Assembly (NCBI GenBank): GCA_016748015.1
Contig: JAAOMT010000031.1
Coordinates: forward strand, 248,001 to 312,000
Reading direction: 5' to 3'
Length of the DNA stretch: 64,000 nucleotides
From: Geosiphon pyriformis uo1
Taxonomy: Eukaryota; Fungi; Glomeromycota
In this document: positions 16,622 through 29,450 of the stretch, piece after piece
How the letters are laid out: each line of letters begins with the position of its first letter
Position numbering within the stretch: the stretch's first letter is position 1
Translations under genes and position numbers: made by a program
The notes under the pieces: model-generated
The model's input: only the letters and a program-made list of their open reading frames with translations
What the model was told of the DNA's origin: nothing
Database searches by the model: none

Positions 16622-16846
16622 TACTTGACAAATTCATGGAATATAGAAACACCGAATATCATAAGGTTGTAAGAATAAATTTCCCTTGTTAGTTGTTGGG
16701 ATTGCGATCGCACTCGCCTTCGATTTTTTTTATTAAGTAAGAATCCTGCAGATTAAGAGGATCTAGACTCGTTCACCTACCATTTTCCACGTTTTCAGGA
16801 TAGGAAAAAGCATTAAATATCCTTTAATTTACATTATAATCAATTC

Positions 16847-16849
16847 TTA

Positions 16850-16903
<54 letters not shown>

Positions 16904-18370
16904 TAGTTCATCTAAATTTTCATCCGCAAATAAATCTTCTTTAATCTCAATTTCTTCCTGTAATATGCCATTGTTTTTATTACTACTCCCCTCTTCGTAA
17001 GGGTTTTCTTCATGATTCGAGGTGAGCGTTGAATCATATCCCCCTTGATGGCTGTCGTCAGCCTTCCAATTATGATTCTGATTATAAGTAGAAATGTCGA
17101 ATGCATCTTCATCGTCATCATATTCGTCATCTTGGTTGACGAGATCTGGATTAAAGGTGAATAGATCACGCCCGGACATTCCAAAACCTTTTCCAGCTTT
17201 GAATGCAGCCTCCTTAGCCTTCCGCTTATCCTCCGCTTCAGCTTCAATTTTTGCCTTGCGGTTTTTCTTCCATTCCGTAAAAGATTCGAGTGTTACGGGT
17301 GTTAGGTTCTGACCTAATTTATGACGCTATAATAGAATTATCAAAGGTCAGAGCCTAAACAATTTCAATGGTAATAAAAATAGGATAATATCAAAACCTC
17401 TGTTTCTAGAAATTCTTCCAAAGTGATTTGCTCTTCTTCATCCGCTTCTGCCCTTTTTTGTGCTTTGGTTTTCAAGATGAACCCGAGAGGAAGTGCGTGT
17501 CTATACTTGCAATTCTTACCTAATAATTAAAAAACTTATAAATCATAGTTTCCTATTCGGGTATATTTAGTCCCTAAGAAATAGCAAAATAGAATGAAGT
17601 ACCTCCATTTGGACATTCCCAGAACCAACCATACTTTTGGTTTTCAATGGCTTCCAAAAAATATTTACATACAATATCAGTAGTTGTCTTTGGATTTCCA
17701 TGTTTAGACGAAACAACTTGTTCTAATTTTGACTGATCCCATTTATCCATAGTGTCTATTAAGAATGTTAAATATATCAAACGTCTCCATTGAGATATAG
17801 GACTTTGATCAAAGATAAATATTTGGCAACATGCCTTCATTGTATTCTTCTTCTCCCGCTCTCATATCGGAATAAAGATCAATCTTGGTGGTTTTTCTTT
17901 CAATGTTTAAATCATGAGAGAATTTACACTTGTCCCCTTTTTGGCATTGTCCAACTTTAAAAAAGGAACATAAAATAGTTTTTGGGTCAACACCGAAAGG
18001 AATTTTTTGCTGAACTTGAACAGGTTTGAATAATTCTGCGAGTTCCTCTTTCTTTTTTTGTTCAGCAGCTTTCTTATCAACAAGTGCTTGTTTGGCGGCG
18101 TCCTGCTCTTTCTATATAGTTTTATTATGAATATAAATTGTAAAATACAAAATGACAAACAAAATCAATATCAAGGTCAGATTAAATATGAACACGAACC
18201 TTCGTTTTCCGATCACCTGCTGCTAGAACTTGTGTTTCAATCTGTTTAATTTGCTGTTGTACCTTAGCGGACTTTTTTTTATTTTTCAGCCCAAAAGTTT
18301 TATCCTCAATAACTTTTTGCTTCTCTTTATCCTTTGATTTTGTAGATTGTTGATTCTTTTTCGGGGGCAT
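16847..18370 (-). CDS. TMA46: CCCH zinc-finger DRG family regulatory protein (Tma46/ZC3H15), multi-exon
   Basis: MPPKK...[84 protein letters not shown], acidic tail. Confidence 0.93.
16851..16903. repeat. (TCA/GAT)n microsatellite encoding poly-Asp
   Basis: About 17 perfect trinucleotide units in the last exon of TMA46. Confidence 0.95.
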
Positions 18371-18971
18371 TTCCAAGAAACAGATTCAAGATTTAAATAA
18401 TATGAGAAATTTCTTTGACAAAATGTAATACATGTATTTTGAAGAATTCGCCATTTTACGTGTAACCTCTTGGTTCATTACAAGCCACAAAGATAGATCA
18501 GAAATTTGTCAACGTATAATCTGTATTTCTTGAATCTCTTTCACCATGTCTATGAAACGCAAAAGACAAAAGAAAGTAGCTCAAAATGTTCCTTTAATAG
18601 GTTTTTAAGATTTCTGTTTGTTGACCTTACACTTTCAGCTGATTTCAAGAGTTTAGACTCAAAACAAATATATATTGAAAGGGGATCGCTCCCTTTTTCC
18701 AGTTATTCTATGAAACAGAAAATCGAACTATTCTCCTGTTTTTTAACTTAAGATTTTTTTTCGTCTAAGAATCTGTGACCAATGAAAGCTTTCTAAGTAG
18801 TAAAGAGAGCGAGAAAAAACGTGTGCGTATTTGCTCTAATGCAATTTTCATAAATAATAATCCCAAGATTCCCGATTCAAGGTTACGTGCAAGCATCTTT
18901 TGATCCCATAATTAATGAAAAGATAAACTAAACTTTGTTCCCGTTAAATTCCATTTAGTCAAGATGAATCA

Positions 18972-21882
18972 ATGCCTTCTGATAGTTTACTACTATCTAC
19001 ACCATTTATATCAAATCTTGACATTAGTTCAGATCAATCTCATTCCATACTTTCAGAATTGCAAATTCACACATTTTCAAAGAGAAATAAAGAAGTTGCG
19101 AATTCGCCTGAAGGAATGAGTGAGGAGGAAGGTATGGATTCTGAAAAAATTATCAACGAATACAAGGAAGCAGTTGGTCATCCTATAGAAAGTTCATTCG
19201 AAGATCAAGATGATAAGATGAAAACACCCACTGATTTGGAACAAGATCCTTCACCAATTGTCTCTACAAAAAGGTATTTTGCTTGAGTTTTATCGCAAGA
19301 AAACCAAATTTGTAAATGATTTGATTTTGAATTTATGCTAGCGCTGGTATCGATCCGGGTGCTGTTTCAAATTTCTCACCGACTGGCTCCAATGTTTTTG
19401 GCTCACGGGAAAACAGTACCAATAGCGACATATGTTTAATCGCCATGCAAAAAGACGAGGTAATTGTAATATGATTCTCAGATGATGAACCAAACGTTAA
19501 ACCTTTTAATTTTAATTTTTAGACAATTTGTTTTAAAGGCTATGTTCTTATATCACCGATTTATGGAAATGTCAAAATTATGGGTAACATCCTACACGGG
19601 AAATGCTCCGCAACCAATGACGACAAGACGCAAAATCTGATGGTCGATATAAAAGATGAATTTTTTTTTCAGCCAGTTTTCTCCCCACAGACCCATGCCC
19701 TTGCTGTGATTGAATGTATGACGATGGAAGCAACATCTCGGAAGACCTCTCGATCTGGCATTAAAGCTTCAGAAGAGACTATGAAGAAAATTCAGAAGCT
19801 CTTGAAAAATTTAAATTGCAATAGCCCCTCATATGATTCTATTTTAGCACTTCAAAGAATGGATTGGTGTGGGATCGCTGATCTGGAAAAAATATCAACT
19901 TCAATTTTCAGAGGAATATTTTCTGTAGATTCAATAGAGAAAGTAAACTCAAAAGTTGAAACCCAAATAGGAGAGCCCAATCAGATAAGGATCGAGGATA
20001 TTTATGGAATCCCTGGATTTCATCCCGTATGGAGATATATGTTTGAAATTGCTGTTTAATAGTCTTTGAGAGACATTATTAACCGCATTATTTAGATATT
20101 TGAACCAAAGCCTGGAATAACTTCATTGAAATATCCGGATTCATGGTTAATTGCCGCCAATCAAATTAGCACTGATTCTCTTATGAATGGTATTTTCAAC
20201 ACTGTAAATTGCCCATACATTTGTATTAAAATCTTAAATGTGATAAAATAGCCTATTTTTATTGATTTTCAGATAGTCAACCAAATATCATCGTATGCGG
20301 ACATAAAAAAGTGGGAAAATCTACCTTCTCTAGATTTTTAATGAACCATTTGCTAAATAGGTATGTCTGATATATTTTTTTTTTTACAAGAATCAAGTAT
20401 ATGAATAAAAGCGTATTTATTTCTTCCTAACCAGTTACTCAAAGATAGCTTATATCGAAAGTGATATCGGCCAATCGGAATTCACCCCATCAGGATTGGT
20501 TTCGTTGAATCTAATTGATTCCCCCCTCTTTGGTATCATAATCCTAAAAGTTTAAAATTTTTTTTATATGAGTCATCATTATCTAATCTTAGATTCATTT
20601 GGACAGGGCCACCGTTTACTCATCTAAAAAGACCATATCGTTCATATTTTATTGGTCACACCACACCCAAAGATGATCCTGATTATTATTTAGAATGTCT
20701 TGAGGAATTAGTTAATATATCTCAGCGCGATATTGCAGCCGATTTTAATGAACTAGATCTTTTAAATCCTTTAGAAATACCCTCACGTATACCCGTGATT
20801 ATCAACACACACGGATGGGTTAAAGGTACTTGGATTAATCAACGTTCTTGCTATAATCAATTTTTACTTGGTCTCAAATTCTGTTATTCCAGTAATTAAT
20901 CAATTCTTTCAACAACATCTAAGGAATGGGATATGACTTGCTCTTGCATATAATCAAACTTTTCAATCCCACTCATATCTGTCAATTCCAATCCAACTCC
21001 CATCCATACCTTAACCTTCCTCTCTTTCCTTCCTCAATTCTTTCTTCAGCCGACGAGAAATCGTGCAAAATTCTCTATGTTGATTCCGTACACCATAGCC
21101 CTAACCCTTCTAGGTTTATAGCATCGTTTCATAGAACACTTACCCTTCTTTCTTATTTTTATTCTACCCCTTCACTAAGCTCAAATTGTTCTGATAAATG
21201 GTGGGATTGTGACAAATCGTTAGTACAACACCTTCCGAGGTGCTTGGATTGGACTAAAGGATTGACTAAGGGGGTGTTTATGCTTTTTGGTGAGGTTTCA
21301 TGGAGTCAACTTTTATATGCCCTTAATGGCTCAATAGTAGGATTAATAGGAGATTTAGTGGATGAAGATCAGCTAGAGGAAGAAGAAGAGCAAAATCATG
21401 AATGGAAAGATGATAAATCAGGGCCTGGATTCGTAAGTAATCGGCTTCTTAATTTGAATTTTAATATGAATTCTTAACGTCATTGTGGGTAATATTCTTG
21501 ATTCGTCTCAACCTGATGCCAAATACAAAAGGAAGCTCCTCTATACTTTCCATCCCCTCGATTCCCACCACCACCTCCTGCACACCATACATGTCATGGT
21601 TTGGCTCTAATAAGATCGATCGATGCTGCCAGCCATACCTTTCATATCCTTACCCCCCTTCCGCATAAAATCCTCAAGAAAACAAACGCAATTGTAAAAG
21701 GCGCCTTAGAATTGCCTGTTTGTGCTAGTTTGGATCATACCATGAACACTTCTTTGGGTATATGCAGGTTACCTTGGAAGAAAGTACCCTACTTGACAGT
21801 GGATGTTAGTGGAGGAGCAGGCCATGCCGTTCCGCACGTCCGTAGAAATCTTATGAGGCGTGGGCAAATGACCAACGGGTGA
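18972..21882 (+). CDS. GRC3: Polynucleotide 5'-hydroxyl kinase Grc3/NOL9, multi-exon (start may lie upstream, e.g. MSMKRKRQK at 18547)
   Basis: P-loop CGHKKVGKSTF (~20295), ESDIGQSEFTPSG, GPPFTH, INTHGWVKGMG, ALNGSIVGL, ALIRSID...FHILTP, VPYL. Confidence 0.88.
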
Positions 21883-22019
21883 AGTGTCGGTGCTTGAAGT
21901 TAATTGAAGGCGGAATTGAGTTTTTAGAATTAAGATTAGGCTAGGAATGCTAACAACTACATTAGATGGAAAAAAGTCATGGGACATTTTAAATTTTTGT
22001 CACAAAAATGATAAAAATA

Positions 22020-25000
22020 GCTTTAAAATAATAAGGAATACACTAAAATTATAATTATTAATCAAAATAAAAGTATAATTAACCATATTTTTTGAAATCA
22101 ATGCATAAATCTTTATTAATTATAATGGATTTTCAAATATACAAAATTAAATAAAAAGAATTAACTGATTTTAAGCATATAAAAAAATTTGTATGTGAAA
22201 TATTAACACAACTCAATTATATTAATTATTTAAAATATTGTTATAATTGAAACTCATAGTTTTTATTAATTATTATATGTATTAGCTATTTTATTTTTAA
22301 ATAAATTATTAACCTAATTATTAAGTTAATTAATAACTTAGTTATTAATCTAATTTATTGATTTTTTTAGCAATTATATAAGCAATAAATTCTTTAACTA
22401 TAAAAAAAACATTAAACAAACAAGATTAAATTTAATAAAAAAATTATTTATTTATTTACTTATTTATTTATTTTAAAACTAATTATACTTATTAAATTTA
22501 TACTAATTTAATTTTTGTTTTTTCTATTTTTAATAATTGTTTTATTTGTTATTTATTAATTTATTATTTAAACTTGTAATAAAATAATGTTTTTTATAAG
22601 ATTGTTAAAACTTATCTTATTTACTATTTTATATATAATTATTTATACTTATTATAATAATTAATAGTTTAAAATATATTAATTTAAGTATATTGTAATT
22701 GTAAAAAGCATTTTTTAGCTAATTGTTTTTTTGTTAAAACTATTTGCAGTATTTTAATAATCTAAATTAGTCAATTATAAAAACATAATAAATAATTAAA
22801 AAAAAATCAAATTATTATAAATTATGTAAATTAATAAAAAACAAGTAACAAATTAAGTTTAAAAACCGAAAAAATAAAATAAAAAAATTAAATCACAATT
22901 AATGTTAATTTATTTAAAAAATTAGAATAAAATCTAACTGTTTTTTTATTTATATTTAAAAAATAATAAATTAATTACTAATTAAATTAGTAAACTGGTT
23001 TATAAATGTTTTAAAATAGTTTAAAATTTCTATAATTAATTGTTTTTTATTAAAATTAATAGTTAATCAAAAGTTAAAATTTTAAAAATTGTATAAAAAT
23101 TTTAGTATATATTATTTTTAACCAATTAATAACATTTTTTTTTTAAATTTGCATAAATTATTAATATTTAAAAAACACCTAAAATTAATAAATATTTTGA
23201 TTAAACTAGATTTATTAACAATAGTAATATTTATTATTATGTATTGTTAAACTAATAGTAATTAATAATTATTAGTAAAATTTAATTAATAATAGATTTA
23301 AATAATAAATAATTTATTATATAAAATAAATATAAATACAAATTAATTTATAATTTATAAACAGTTTTATAAAAAAACAGCTTTTAATTACTTAGTTTTT
23401 TTTGTTTTTTTATTAAATAAATTGTGTAATTAAGTTTTAAAATTCAATAAACTTTTTAGTTTTATATTTTAAGATATATAATTATATTTATTTTAAAGTT
23501 TTCAATATTAATTATTTAAATATTTACTTATTATACCATATTAATTTGATTTTAAATTTTTATTATCTGTTTTTTTATATTTTTATATTAGTTTTTAGTT
23601 TAAATAATTTATTTTTTATTATTTAAAAAATTCAATTATTAATTTAACTAATTCAGAATTTTAAAAACTTTTAAAATAACTATTTTTTTTATAATTATAT
23701 AAATAAAAATATTAAAATCATTGTTTAATTTAATTTTTTTTAATTTTTTAAGTTTTAATATATTTATTAATAGTAAAATTAATAAATTTTTAAACTTTAT
23801 TAAATTAAGCAAAATAAAAAAAGTATTACTAATTTGTTAATTATAATTAAAAATTTAGCAAAATAAATAAACAATTTAACACATTTAAAAAATACAATAT
23901 AAAATATTAAAAAATAAACAATTTATAAAACAAAAAAATATTAATATGTAATATAAATAAATAAATTAAATTAAATCATAAACAAATTTGATAATATTAA
24001 AGTTTTATTTTTGGTGTAGATTTTGATTATTTTGATTTAAATATTGTAATAATTATTAATAACAATATAATTAAATCTATATATAAAGTTTTTAAAATAT
24101 GTAATTAATTTTTGTTAATTTGTTTTTTGTTTAAAAATAATTTTTTTGTAATCATTTTAAGTTTTTATATTAATGTTTTATTGTATTTAAAAATATTATA
24201 GTTGATAATAATTTAATTATTAAAACAATAAATAAATGTTTTTTTATAATATTAAATAATAATTTTAATAAAAATAACATTAAATACAGTAATATAAATT
24301 TGTATAATATAATAACAAAAATTTTAACTGTTAAAATATTTATTTAAGACAATTTTAAAAAAGTTAAAAAGATTATTAATTATATTTTTATTAATAAAAT
24401 ATTAATTTATTAAAATTTTTTTAATACTAATTATAAAATTGTTTTGATATTATTTAGTTTAAAATTAATTTACTTATTATTATGTAAAAACAAACTAATT
24501 AGAATTATTATAAATACAAATTAAATTTAACTAATTTTGTAATTCAGTATAAATTTATTAAATTTAAATTTTGTATAAGATTTTATTAAAAAAAATATTA
24601 ATTTAATTTGCTAATAAAATAATTATTAAAACCAAATTTAAAAAATTTAATATAATTGTCAACAAAATTTTTTCAAGTTTTATAAGTTAAAAAATATTGG
24701 TTTTTAAAATTTTAAAAATAATTTGTTTAAGTAATAATTTTGAATTTAAGAATTTAATAAATGCTTAAAAAGATTAAATATAAATAAAATAATGATTTTT
24801 CAGATTTTTTGAATAAAAAATAGTTAAGTTTTAATATAAAAAACTTATTAAAATTCAAAATATTTAACAAAAAATTAAAAAATTAAAAATATAATTAATA
24901 AATACATAAAGTTTTTTGTTTTAAATAAAAATCAAATTATTAAGAATATTTTTAAGAAATTTTTCCAAAAAATTATTATTAAATTAAAAAAAACATAGTT

Positions 25001-25762
25001 TTGAATTTTATTATAATTAACTAAACACAAAAAAGACAAATTTACAAAAATAAAATTTTAATTTAAAATAGTTAATATGTTTTTTTAATTATGTTAAAAA
25101 AGATAATTTTAGTAAAAATATAAATACAGTGTTTTTTAATAAATTTTTTAAGATTTATTAAATAAAAAATAGTTAAATTACGAAATTATAGTAATTAGTT
25201 TATTTTAAAATTATTTTTAAAATTATTAAATATTTATTTATTAAGTAAAAAAGTTTTTAATTTTTAGAAAAAAACTTAAATTTTTATAATTTTTAAGCTT
25301 TATAAATAAAAAAGCATTTTAATTAATATTTATTCTATAATTATAATTAAAAATACTATTAAAAATGTTCTTTAATAAAATTTTTTGTGGCTTGTAAAAT
25401 TAATAATATATAAAAATAATTTTTTTGTTTTAAAAAAAATATTTACTTAAATATTTATTTTTATTATTAATTTAAAAATAATTTAAATAAAAATAAAAAA
25501 TATAGTTAATCTTATAAGATATGTAAAATATATATAATTTAATAAATTAAAAATATTTAAAAAAAAGTTTTAAGAAATTAAAATATTTATTAAGTTTTTT
25601 AAGCATATTTACAATAACAAAATTAATTAAATTATAACATATTTTAATTTAATAACTAGTTATAAAATTATTGATAATGTTATTAAATAAAAAAATTAAT
25701 TAATTACAAAAAAACATAATTAATATATAATAAATATACAATAATATAAAATAATAATAAAT
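22020..25762. other. AT desert, probable hypermutated repeat relic
   Basis: 3.7 kb of extreme AT content with no ORF of 60 aa or more. Confidence 0.65.
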
Positions 25763-25773
25763 AAGACACAATA

Positions 25774-28078
25774 TTAATAATATATTTAATCTAAAAAACT
25801 CTTTGTCTCCTTAATTTTATGACCACGACCAGAGCAAAGAGTAAAAAGGCTGCACCTGATATCTGTCCTAAGATATCTAATAAAATTTCAACCAGAAGAG
25901 CTCTTTCTGTTGTAGAAGCAACTAGGCAAAACGTTTTAGAAGTCTTCCTCTTACCCAGTAATCGTGAAAAGCTGCCTTTGGTAGCCACTGAATCAACTTC
26001 TTCATCTTTGGCTGGTTTTTCACCAGTTAAAGTTTCTTCAAAGAGACACACTTGAGTTAGTCCCAGTGTTGCCTTCACCCCGACTAAAAGCCCAAAAGTT
26101 TTTAATAATAGACCAGTAAATAAGCTGGTCTTCCCCTCTATAGACTCAACACCTAGTGCTTCTGGCACCACCTCTTCAAAAAAAATGGTCAAAAAAACCA
26201 AAAGTTCAGAAAAGTGGGGGCAGTCGCTTGCCTCTACTATTGTTACACCAAACCTCTTTGTGGTTCCCAATGAGATCTTGGATGAGATCTCAGTAGCATC
26301 ATCTGGCATGTCATCCAAGATGGGCCAAGATCAACCACTGGCTGTGTTGCCAAATGTGGTGTTTTCTGGCAGATCATTGCCGGTTTTAGAAGTAAAACAA
26401 TCTCCTTCTGTTGGGTCACCTGTTTTTAAGAACTGGGCTGATCAAATGGAAACTGATTTATTTCCTTCTCTAGTTTTTGGTGCTACTTCTGGTGGTGCTT
26501 GGGAAACTATTACTAGTCGTCAAAGATTTGCTGGGTGGGTGGCCTCCACTCTGGTGCCTAGTGCTACTTTTAAGATCAAATTGGCTCATGTTAAGACTGT
26601 TTTTCAGTCTGTACATGGTTTCTTGGGTGCTAAATCTGTTTTAAAAGACAATGTGAAACTTTTCTGTGTGGAGTTTGCTTCTCAACAGTCTTTGGATGCT
26701 GCATTTCTGGTTGAGCTTACAAGCTCTGTTCATTTGGTCATTCTCAAAATTGCCAAGTCTTTGGTGGTTTCTGAATTTGGTTCCTCTTCTGCTGCTGTTG
26801 CGCTGTATGATGTATCTTTGGGTGTGTCTGCTGCTGATATTAAGTTGGCTTTCAGTGTGTTTGGTAGTGTTACTCATGTTGTGCTGAAGCCTGCTGGCAT
26901 TTGGCAGTATGTGGTGGTTTATTTTGAAAAGTTGGACTCTGCTGTGTCTGCCTTGAAGCATTGGTCAGTCTTGGTGGGCAAGGATAGTATTAGAATCCTC
27001 TCTCTGGTAAATCAAAATGAGACTATTTTGTCTCATGATAAGTTTAAGGCCAAATTGGTCAACCTTCCCCCTGGTTGTACTGCCTTTGAAATCAGTAATA
27101 TGATTTCTCAGATTGGTGGTCGAACATGTTTCATCCCTCATTCTCCTGATTCTGGTTGTCGTTTCTAGTTTGCTTTGGTTACATTTGACTCTCAAGACAA
27201 TTTGGATTCTGCTGTAGTCAAGACTGGTACTCTTAGGAAATGCTGTATTTGGTGGGAAACTCCTGGCTGCCAGTGCTGCTTTAGGTGTCAAGAAATGGGC
27301 CTGGCTGCAGATTGCAAGATTTCCCCACCTTCCACTCTCAAGATTTCCAAGGTTTTCAAGTTTTGTTTTGTGGGTTCTGCTTCATATGCCAAGACTGCTG
27401 CTTCTTCTGGTCTTTCTGAGTTTCTTTCTTTAGTGGCTTCTTTAGCTGCTTCTGCTGCTGATTCTGCTGTTAGTTCTAGGTTGGACTCTTTGGAAAAGCA
27501 GATTTCGGATTTGGCTGCTCTGGTTAAGTCTATTGTTGAGCCTGTTGGTTTTTTGGTTGCTTTAGTGTCTCGTCTTCTTAATGATAATGCCATTAAGGCT
27601 GTTCAGGTCAAGAAAGATATCATTTCTATGAAAAGTGCTGCTAACAATTTTTCTAACCTCATGGTTGGAGTTTTCAAGAACATTGCTTGTTTTAGATTTG
27701 AGGTTGACTTTGGTAATATGGATTATGATGGTGTTCTGGCTGTTAAGCCTTCTTTTTTGAGTGAAGACACTATTGAGCATGTTATTGCTTTGTGGCAAAT
27801 GTCTGTTGCTGAAACCAGGGGCAATATTGAGTCTACTAGATTGTTTCTTAGTGAGTTTATTTTTGACTCTAGGAATTTGAATGGTATCATTGAGAGAATT
27901 TGTGGATTGGGGTTATTCTCACCTATTTTTGATTCAGCGTAGTGAGTCCTTGATTGGGCCGAGTGTCTGATCACATGTAGAAAATACATAATTTACACCT
28001 ATAATGTAATCCCTTCTGTGATATCATAGTTTAGGTAGTATTTGGGTCTTGCTCGTTAAAATATAATAAAAAAAAAAA
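25774..28078 (+). mobile_element. ORF1-only non-autonomous retroelement (HAL1-like) with LINE-type 3' UTR, poly-A and 11-bp TSD
   Basis: AAGACACAATA at 25763-25773 and 28077-28087. Single ORF, 3' UTR homologous to 8005-8126, no RT. Confidence 0.85.
25819..27942 (+). pseudogene. LINE ORF1-like protein (~700 aa): low-complexity N-terminus, three RRM-like domains, CCHC-type knuckle, coiled coil; 2 in-frame stops
   Basis: ORFs 25819, 26185 and 27175 share one frame. Motifs LYDVSLGVSAADIK...YVVVYFE, KLVNLPPGCT...ALVTFDS, CFRCQEMG-LAADC, RLDSLEKQISDLAALV. Confidence 0.78.
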
Positions 28079-28176
28079 GACACAATAATTTTTTTATATT
28101 AAGTTTAATAAGTATAGTCTAACCACTACTTAGTACTTTAAAACAAATTAAGTATTTTAAATTAAATACAATTCAT

Positions 28177-29036
28177 TATTACAGATGATTATTTGGGGTC
28201 TCAAATTAAATAATAAAATCATAACTTAGTGTTTAATAACTGATCTCATTGTTAATATATAAGAATTGTTTGTATCTAAAAGTTTTGGTTGAATCTTTTG
28301 TATAATGAACAGAGATTTAATAGTTGTTTTTCAGTAGCCTTCCAGAATCACAATTCCATTAAATTTCTTTCTCAACATGATAACTGGTAATTCTCTTAGT
28401 AAGCTATTCTCAATTATAAGTGTTTTATCCTTGTTTCATGGGTTTTTTACCAGTCCCTATGACATCTGTAACTTAGTGCTTAATTTTTAATCAATTAGTC
28501 AATAACAAAAAATAACAAAATAAATAAAATAAAATAAATAAAATAAAGAAAGAAAAATAAAGAAAGTAAGCCAAGACAATAAATGTTAGTATCCCATCAA
28601 TAGCCATGATCAAGAGCTATTGTTTCAGTGTAGTTAAGTATCTGTTACTATTAACACTTCATGTTGATAGCAAAGAATGAATTGAAATAGTAAATAATTA
28701 TTTATTAATATTTGTAAATAGAAAAGTTGCTTAGATCAAATCTAAACTGAGAGATCTGTCTTTTTTACTTCTAATGCTACTGCTATATATACATAATTAA
28801 GATTTCTTAATTCTTCAATTTTTTACATCAAGAATCCTGGAATTTCTGGAATTCTGCAATTTTTTTGAAAGAAATCCTGGAATTCTAAAATCCTGCAATT
28901 TCTTGTATAAAAATTCTGAAATTTCTAGAATCCTGCAATTCCTTTGAGAGGAATTCTGAAATTCCACATTTTACTACATCTACCTCTAATTGGCTAATTT
29001 ATGTGCTAATATACTTTCTATATTTTATGAGTAATA
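28177..29036 (-). repeat. 3' LTR of element A
   Basis: TATTACA...GTAATA (decayed TGTTACA...GTAACA). The first ~620 bp align with 58426-59050. PPT-like tract at ~29040-29052. Confidence 0.82.
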
Positions 29037-29050
29037 TTATTTTCTTTTTT

Positions 29051-29450
29051 TTAATATTGAGCTCCATCAAGATTTCCTAATTCTAATTCTCCATTTTTGA
29101 GTATTTCTTGAACTTCTTTTTCGAGAATTATTTGTGTTATTTTGTTTTGTAATTCCTCAAATTGGACTTTGGTTATTTTTCCCATTTGGTTAATGGTAAT
29201 AAAGTCTATTACTGAATTGAGTAAGATTTCTGGTCAGTCTTAAAATACAACTTTTAATTGATAGATGACTCATGTTTGTGTGGTTATATTGTTTTTTCTC
29301 ACAAATTGTTTAAGTTGTTGTAATATTTCTGTATTGAATAATCACTTTGTTTTGTCTATATATAAGTTCTGAATATTCAAGTATTGTCCCAAGTGAAAGT
29401 AACAAAAGTTTTTTGGAAATTGTTGTGTTTACTAATTCCATGTTTCTATC
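29051..29450 (-). pseudogene. ORF3 (unknown function) of element A, conserved core
   Basis: FCYFHLGQYL...FVRKNN...YQL..VF...EILLN...NQMGKIT..QFEELQ...GAQY*, colinear with ORF3 of B. Confidence 0.75.

Noticed and set aside
25791-26318. Antisense ORF conserved with 59869-60408 as a separate gene
   Set aside because: It is the reverse-strand shadow of the ORF1 N-terminus shared by two copies of one element; no recognisable domain.
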